A DNA stretch of 64,000 nucleotides from Elusimicrobiota bacterium (lineage in GTDB: Bacteria; Elusimicrobiota; Elusimicrobia; Elusimicrobiales; UBA9959): assembly GCA_037137395.1 (NCBI GenBank), contig JBAXKK010000001.1, forward strand, positions 78,108 to 142,107, written 5' to 3'. Under the pieces are notes generated by a model that was not told the origin of the DNA, ran no database searches, and saw only the letters and a list, made by a program, of their open reading frames with translations. Shown piece by piece: positions 58,330 to 64,000 of the stretch (position 1 is its first letter; each line of letters starts with the position of its first letter). The position numbers and the translations under genes are program-made.

Positions 58330-60144
58330 ATGAATATCAGAAACTTCTCCATCATCGCCCACATAGACCACGGCAAATCCACGCTTGCCGACCGGTTTAT
58401 ACAGCTTACTAATACTATCCCGGAACGCCAGATGAAAGAGCAGTTCCTGGACGGCATGGAGCTTGAACGCGAGCGCGGCATCACTATCAAAGCCAAGGCT
58501 GTCAGGATGCTTTATAAGTCCGAAGCGGACGGCAAGGATTATATCCTTAATCTGATAGACACTCCCGGCCATGTGGACTTTTCCTATGAGGTTTCGCGCG
58601 CCATGGCCGCCTGCGAGGGCGCGATACTCTTGGTGGACGCCTCGCAGGGGGTGGAAGCGCAGACGCTGGCCCACGCGCATCTGGCTCAGTCGCTGGGCTT
58701 GACCATTATTCCCGTCATCAACAAGATAGATCTTGAGCACGCGAATCCGGACGCCACCGAGGAGCAGATATGGGAAGTGCTCAAAGATCCGAGAGACTCC
58801 TCGCGCATAAGCGCCAAGGACGGCCGCGGCGCCAGAGAAGTGCTTGAGCGCGTTATCAGCGAGGTTCCCGCGCCTGTGGGCGACCCCGCGGCGCCGTTTA
58901 AGGCTCTGGTTTTCGACTCTTTCTACGACATTTACAAAGGCGTTATCATCTTTACCAGGGTCGTGGACGGGGCCATTTCAGCGGGCAAGCATATTTCTTT
59001 CTATTCTAACGGAGCGACCTATAAGGTTGAGGAGGTCGGTTACCTCACGCCCAAGCTTGTTAAGGCCGAGTCCATAAAGACCGGGGAAGTGGGCTATATT
59101 ATCGCCGGGATCAGGGATATTCACGAGATCAAGATGGGCGACACAATGTTTGAGAAGGGGAAGCCTGTGGCCGAACCGCTGTCCGGCTATAAAGATGTCA
59201 ATCCGGTGGTTTTTGCCGGCTTTTATCCGGTGAACACCACTGATTACACCTCTCTAAAAACCGCCATAGAGAAGCTGAATCTGACGGACTCTTCTTTTAA
59301 TTTTCAGGGCGAGACTTCCAAGGCCCTGGGTTTCGGTTTCCGGCTTGGTTTTATGGGGCTGCTGCACATGGATATTATCCGTGAGCGCATCGAGCGCGAA
59401 TTTAACATCCCGCTTATCGCAACCAACCCGAACGTTATATACAAGGTTCTGGCCAAAACCCATTCCACATCGAAGGAAAGCAAATACCTGGAGGTCACCA
59501 ACCCCGCTGATTTTCCGCATTACGGGGATGTTATTGATATCATGGAGCCGTATGTGCGCGCCAATATTATCGCGCCGTTGGTTTACATGGAAGGTATAAT
59601 GAACCTGCTGAAGGAAAAGCGCGGCGAGCATGTGAAGATAGAATATATCTCCACCACCAGGGTGATAGTGGAATATTATCTGCCGCTGAGCGAGATTATC
59701 ATCGACTTTTACGACAAGCTTAAGTCTGTTTCAAAAGGCTACGCTTCTTTCGATTACGAGCCTTACGAGTACAGGTCCTCCGACATGGTAAAGATAGAGA
59801 TACTGCTGCACGCGGAAACGGTGGACGCTTTATCTTTCATCGTGCACCGCGCGAAGGCGCTTCAAAATTCCCGGCTGCTTTGCGAGAAGCTCAAAGATCT
59901 GATCCCCCGGCATATGTTTGAGATAGCTGTGCAGGCTCAGGTGGGCGGAAAGATTATAGCCAGGGAGACTATCGGCGCCATCCGCAAGGATGTTCTGGCA
60001 AAATGCTACGGCGGCGATATCACGCGCAAGCGCAAGCTGCTTGAGGCACAAAAAGAAGGCAAGCGAAAGATGAAGCTGCTGGGTTCCGTGGAGATTCCGC
60101 AGGAAGCTTTTATGTCGCTGTTAAAGATAAGTCAGAATAAGTGA
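58330..60144 (+). CDS. lepA: Translation elongation factor 4
   Basis: NIRNFSIIAHIDHGKST, DTPGHVDF and KCYGGDITRKRKLL. Start ATG 58330. Confidence 0.97.
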   Translation: MNIRNFSIIAHIDHGKSTLADRFIQLTNTIPERQMKEQFLDGMELERERGITIKAKAVRMLYKSEADGKDYILNLIDTPGHVDFSYEVSRAMAACEGAILLVDASQGVEAQTLAHAHLAQSLGLTIIPVINKIDLEHANPDATEEQIWEVLKDPRDSSRISAKDGRGAREVLERVISEVPAPVGDPAAPFKALVFDSFYDIYKGVIIFTRVVDGAISAGKHISFYSNGATYKVEEVGYLTPKLVKAESIKTGEVGYIIAGIRDIHEIKMGDTMFEKGKPVAEPLSGYKDVNPVVFAGFYPVNTTDYTSLKTAIEKLNLTDSSFNFQGETSKALGFGFRLGFMGLLHMDIIRERIEREFNIPLIATNPNVIYKVLAKTHSTSKESKYLEVTNPADFPHYGDVIDIMEPYVRANIIAPLVYMEGIMNLLKEKRGEHVKIEYISTTRVIVEYYLPLSEIIIDFYDKLKSVSKGYASFDYEPYEYRSSDMVKIEILLHAETVDALSFIVHRAKALQNSRLLCEKLKDLIPRHMFEIAVQAQVGGKIIARETIGAIRKDVLAKCYGGDITRKRKLLEAQKEGKRKMKLLGSVEIPQEAFMSLLKISQNK

Positions 60145-60297
60145 GAATCCGGCAAGCCGGATTCTCACGCCGTAGGCTATAAGCCATAGGCTATACGCGC
60201 CGTAGGATATAGGCAGAATAAAAACTAGCGTGTATCGCCTTATGGCGCGGCTGGAACAGCTGCATATAGCTTATGGCGGGCGCTGCGCCCTTATAGC
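60141..60297. repeat. Perfect short palindrome plus GCCATA-family heptamer hairpin
   Basis: GTGAGAATCCGGC-AA-GCCGGATTCTCAC, then gccgtag gctataa gccatag gctatac ... cttatgg ... cttatgg. Confidence 0.7.
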
Positions 60298-60339
60298 AGA
60301 CGATTTTAAATTCAGTGTCGACAATTAAGGAGAAAAATT

Positions 60340-61365
60340 GTGGAAGCAAAACTTTTTTGGATAGGCATTCTGGTGGGTGTATATCTGTTCCTTACCCATC
60401 AGTTTAATGAGAAAGGTAAGTTTAAGTCCGATAGATTTGTCCGCGTCTGGCACGCGGTGTTCATAGCCGTCGTGTCTTTTGCCGGCGCGCTGCTTCTGAT
60501 GGTGAGTTTGGATAACCGCAAGGGGGAAGTTGTGACCGCCGTGCTGTTCTCCCAAAAGCAGGTCATTTACGGGCTTATCGCCGGTCTGGTTTGCGGCCTG
60601 GCCGCGTATTTAAGGGGTGGCGGGAAACACGCAACCAGGGACGGGAAGACCTCCGCGGCTAAACACCACGCGCCAAAGACGGATGTTATAAAAGAGGATA
60701 TGGAATGGTCTGAAACCATTTTCTCGGCCGTGGTCCTGGCCTCCATTGTTATGTATCTCTTTGTTCAGGCGTTCAAGATCCCTTCCGGCTCTATGCGGGT
60801 CACTTTCCTTGAAGGCGACCATCTCTTTGTGAATAAATTCGTTTACGGGTTCAGGATCCCGTACACGCAGAAGAAGATATTGAATTTTAAAAAAATAAAC
60901 CGCGGGGATATCGTGGTCTTCCAGTTTCCGTCCTTTGACCCGACCGAGGAGCAATGCGGCGGCAGTCAATACGGAAAGGATTTTATAAAACGCGTCATCG
61001 GCCTGCCCGGAGAGACAGTTGAACTCAAAAACGGCGTGGTGTTCATTAACGGGGTTAAATTACCGTATGAGCCGTACGCCCAGTATCAGGATCCCGTGCG
61101 GTACCCAAGGCCGCATAGCAGCAAGGTGACGCCTGCCGACTATCAGCTCTTCTGGGAGAACCGCACGCTGGCCAAAAGAGTTTCAGAGCTGGTCAGGGAT
61201 AATTTCGGCCCTGTCACGGTGCCCCAAGGCCATTATATGATGATGGGCGATAACCGGGACCGATCGTGCGATTCACGCTACTGGGGACCGGTGCCGGCGT
61301 ATCTTATAAAGGGCAAGGCCTGGTTTATTTATTGGCCGCCGTCCAGAATGGGGCTGCCGGAGTAA
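60340..61365 (+). CDS. lepB: Signal peptidase I with extra N-terminal TM helices
   Basis: IPSGSM, FIKRVIGLPG and GDNRDRSCDSRYWG. Confidence 0.93.
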   Translation: MEAKLFWIGILVGVYLFLTHQFNEKGKFKSDRFVRVWHAVFIAVVSFAGALLLMVSLDNRKGEVVTAVLFSQKQVIYGLIAGLVCGLAAYLRGGGKHATRDGKTSAAKHHAPKTDVIKEDMEWSETIFSAVVLASIVMYLFVQAFKIPSGSMRVTFLEGDHLFVNKFVYGFRIPYTQKKILNFKKINRGDIVVFQFPSFDPTEEQCGGSQYGKDFIKRVIGLPGETVELKNGVVFINGVKLPYEPYAQYQDPVRYPRPHSSKVTPADYQLFWENRTLAKRVSELVRDNFGPVTVPQGHYMMMGDNRDRSCDSRYWGPVPAYLIKGKAWFIYWPPSRMGLPE

Positions 61366-61420
61366 CCTGGTAACCGGTAGATCAGTGGCCAGTAGCCGGT
61401 AATCAGCAACTGGTTGCCGG
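61365..61420. repeat. Degenerate heptamer tract (GGTAACC/AGTGGCC)
   Basis: ggtaacc ggtagat(c) agtggcc agtagcc ggtaatc agcaact ggttgcc. Confidence 0.5.
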
Positions 61421-61449
61421 CGGGCAATGAATAGCGGCTTTACGCATAC

Positions 61450-62304
61450 ATGAAAATAACGGAAAGACTCCAAAAACCTGGCAAAGTGTTTTCTTTTGAG
61501 TTCTATCCTCCCAAGACAAAGGATGATTCGGAAAAGCTTTTTGACACGATCAGAGACCTGAAATCTCTTGGGCCGGATTTTATTTCCATTACCAATTCTT
61601 CCGCCGGCGTCACGCCGTACCGGACCGTGGACCTTTCCGGTTTGATCAAGGCGGAGCTGGGGCTGGAGGTTATGGCCCATCTTACCTGCATAGGCCACAG
61701 TAAGGCGGAAATAAGGGGTATCGCCGAACGGCTGAAAGTCATGAATATTGAAAATGTTCTGGCCCTGCGCGGCGACATGCATAATATCGAAGGCCGTCCG
61801 CCCAAGAAGGATTACCGATACGCCAGCGAACTGGCCGCGGATTTGAAAGAAATAGGCGGTTTCAACATCGGCGGCGCGGGCTACCCTGAAAAGCATCCGG
61901 AAGCTACCGATCTGGACTCCGACATCCGGGCATTGAAGACGAAAATTGAAGCCGGGGTGGAATTTATCATCACTCAGCTGTTCTTTGAGAACAGGTTTTA
62001 TTTTGAGTTTGTGGAAAAAGCGCGTAAGACCGGGGTAAGCGTGCCGATCATTCCGGGCCTAATGCCGCTCACCAGCTACAAACAGCTTAATAATTTCCCC
62101 AATATGTTCAGCGTGCTGCTGCCGCTGGAAGTAAAGCAAAATATACAAAAATACGCCGACGATAAAGACTCGCTCTTAAAGTTCAGCGTGGAGTACGCTT
62201 CACGACAGGCTGAAGATTTGCTTAAGAACGGGGCGCCCGGAGTGCATTTTTATACCTTAAACCGCTCCAAAGCCACTAAAGAGATACTGAAAAATATCCG
62301 ATGA
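61450..62304 (+). CDS. metF: 5,10-methylenetetrahydrofolate reductase
   Basis: SFEFYPPK, AHLTC, LALRGD, GYPEKHP, ITQLFF and HFYTLN. Confidence 0.95.
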   Translation: MKITERLQKPGKVFSFEFYPPKTKDDSEKLFDTIRDLKSLGPDFISITNSSAGVTPYRTVDLSGLIKAELGLEVMAHLTCIGHSKAEIRGIAERLKVMNIENVLALRGDMHNIEGRPPKKDYRYASELAADLKEIGGFNIGGAGYPEKHPEATDLDSDIRALKTKIEAGVEFIITQLFFENRFYFEFVEKARKTGVSVPIIPGLMPLTSYKQLNNFPNMFSVLLPLEVKQNIQKYADDKDSLLKFSVEYASRQAEDLLKNGAPGVHFYTLNRSKATKEILKNIR

Positions 62305-63119
62305 CCGAAAAACCGGAAATTAAAAAACGGATTTTTATAAGCGACCTTGAACTGAGGCAAAACCCCGGAAATATACCGGAGAACGCTATCATCAGCCCGC
62401 TCTCGCGGGACTGGATGGATTATGAGGGGGAGGTCGCGGGGGGCAGGTCACAGGTTGCAGGGCGCAAGCCGGAAACGAGTGCGCGGCCTGAAGAAGAATT
62501 AAGAAAACAAATCGTTGAAATCGGGCGCAGACTTTACGCCCTCGGCTTTGTGCCGGCCACGGATGGTAATATCAGCGTCAGGCTGGGCGACGGTTCTATA
62601 CTTATCACTCCCGCGGGCGTTTCAAAGGGGGCGCTCGCTCCCGGCGATCTCACTAATCTTGGCATGGACGGCAGGGTTATAAGCGGAAAAAAGCCGTCTT
62701 CTGAGTATCGTCTGCACCTGTGCGTGTACAAGCAAAAACCCGGCGTGATGGCTGTGGTGCACGCGCACCCGCCGCTTGCCACCGGCCTCTCTTGCGCTGG
62801 CGTGGCGCTGGATCAACCGCTTACTTCCGAGATGGTCATAGCTCTGGGGGCGGTACCCCTGGCTGAATATGCTACTCCCGGCACCGATGAGGTGACCGAG
62901 TCCATAGCCGGGCTCCTTAAGGACCATGACGCCATACTGCTGGCCAACCACGGCGTTATGACCTGCGGACGAAACCTGGAAACAGCTTTTCAGCGCATGG
63001 AGACGGTAGAGCAGTCCGCTAAGATAACGCTGGCGGCATCGCTGGCAGGAGGCGGCCGGCTTATCCCTCCGGATAAAGTCAGGGAACTGGAAAAGATCCG
63101 CGCGCGCCTTGGGCTATAA
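62301..63119 (+). CDS. Class II aldolase/adducin family protein with N-terminal extension
   Basis: DGNISVR, ITPAG..KG, PSSE..LH, VVHAHPP and LLANHG. Confidence 0.9.
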   Translation: MTEKPEIKKRIFISDLELRQNPGNIPENAIISPLSRDWMDYEGEVAGGRSQVAGRKPETSARPEEELRKQIVEIGRRLYALGFVPATDGNISVRLGDGSILITPAGVSKGALAPGDLTNLGMDGRVISGKKPSSEYRLHLCVYKQKPGVMAVVHAHPPLATGLSCAGVALDQPLTSEMVIALGAVPLAEYATPGTDEVTESIAGLLKDHDAILLANHGVMTCGRNLETAFQRMETVEQSAKITLAASLAGGGRLIPPDKVRELEKIRARLGL

Positions 63120-63208
63120 TAGAAGAGCAGAAGACCGAAAGATCCGGTGTCAGGTTTGAATCTTTCCCCTCAAGTGTTTATTGGTATAATTTTACGGGCA
63201 AGGAAAAT

Positions 63209-63964
63209 ATGAATTTAATGCATACTACGGAAATAAAGTCTCTGATAGATCTCCAGGCCAGGGATAAAACCATAGACGACCTTGTCCGGAAGATCTCTTC
63301 GGTCCCGCTTGAAATTCAGGCACTTAACGACGCTTTTGATGAAAAAAGGGGCACCATGCAGACCGCCAAGGATACCCTTATCAAGCTTCAGGTTGAAAAA
63401 AAGTCCAAAGAATTATTGATAGCCGAAAAAGAGGAAGAGATAAGGAAGCATCAGCGCGACCTGAATATGGTTAAAGACAATAACGCCTTCAAAGCGCTTC
63501 TGACCGAGATAGAGCGGGCCAAGAAAGACCAAGACGACACGGAAACCGCTATCCTGGGGCTTATGGAGTCAGTGGATAAGGCCGCAGCGGAGGACCGCAG
63601 GCTTCAGCAGGAAGTGAAAAAGCTGGAGGAAGAGAAAAATTTGCGGATGAGAGATCTGTCGGATGAGAAAAAAAATATGGAAACCGCGCTTGAGGCCGAC
63701 AAGGCCGGTCGCGCCGATGCCGCCGGAAAGATAAGCGCTGAGATAATAGAGAAATACGAATTCATCAGGGCTCAGCGCAAAGGGCTGGCGATAGTTCATA
63801 TTAAAGAAGACAAGACCGGCCATATATCCTGCGGCGGTTGCAATATGGGGCTTACGGCGCAAAAAATAGTCGATATCAAAACCCCGGACGCACTGGTCTT
63901 CTGCGATAACTGCCAGCGGATGATCTATATGGGCAAGACTATTAACCTGAATCCTGCAGTTTAA
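63209..63964 (+). CDS. Coiled-coil + C4 zinc-ribbon protein (zf-RING_7/DUF164-like)
   Basis: Long coiled coil, then CGGC...CDNC.R; extended -10 TGGTATAAT at 63182-63190. Confidence 0.85.
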   Translation: MNLMHTTEIKSLIDLQARDKTIDDLVRKISSVPLEIQALNDAFDEKRGTMQTAKDTLIKLQVEKKSKELLIAEKEEEIRKHQRDLNMVKDNNAFKALLTEIERAKKDQDDTETAILGLMESVDKAAAEDRRLQQEVKKLEEEKNLRMRDLSDEKKNMETALEADKAGRADAAGKISAEIIEKYEFIRAQRKGLAIVHIKEDKTGHISCGGCNMGLTAQKIVDIKTPDALVFCDNCQRMIYMGKTINLNPAV

Positions 63965-64000
63965 GGTATATCTCATTGATAAAATCAAGGAACAGAATTA

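Overview
Bacterial chromosomal window of moderately high GC. The gene repertoire is suggestive of Elusimicrobiota, but that is an inference. It is mostly housekeeping genes: pyrB, glycerate kinase, PGM/PMM-metK-CheY/CheC-serS, rimO-corA-sucCD, korAB, and an hpf-hprK-rapZ-PTS(Man)-ptsH-ptsI-lepA-lepB-metF run. Envelope and accessory genes are interspersed: GT2/GT-C glycosyltransferases, a subtilisin, an ECF sigma/anti-sigma pair, SpoIID-TPR, and a three-gene minor-pilin cluster with a Cys-rich repeat. I saw no rRNA, tRNA, CRISPR array, transposase, integrase or reverse transcriptase. The most unusual signals are non-coding or very small. (1) Two dispersed copies of a long rod-fold element (23738-23951 +, 40668-40809 -) share a ~40-nt apex and show compensatory base changes; a third related rod lies inside short inverted repeats. 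(2) About 18 intergenic 7- or 8-nt-period repeat tracts, many forming hairpins, belong to several sequence families; two families are inserted in frame into rimO and another periodic tract lies in an aldolase linker. (3) A 27-aa Lys/Ala/Val peptide gene, absent from the ORF track, has its own promoter, RBS and terminator. (4) An apparently exported, catalytically degenerate GH57-like protein lies next to a membrane-anchored CBM48 protein.
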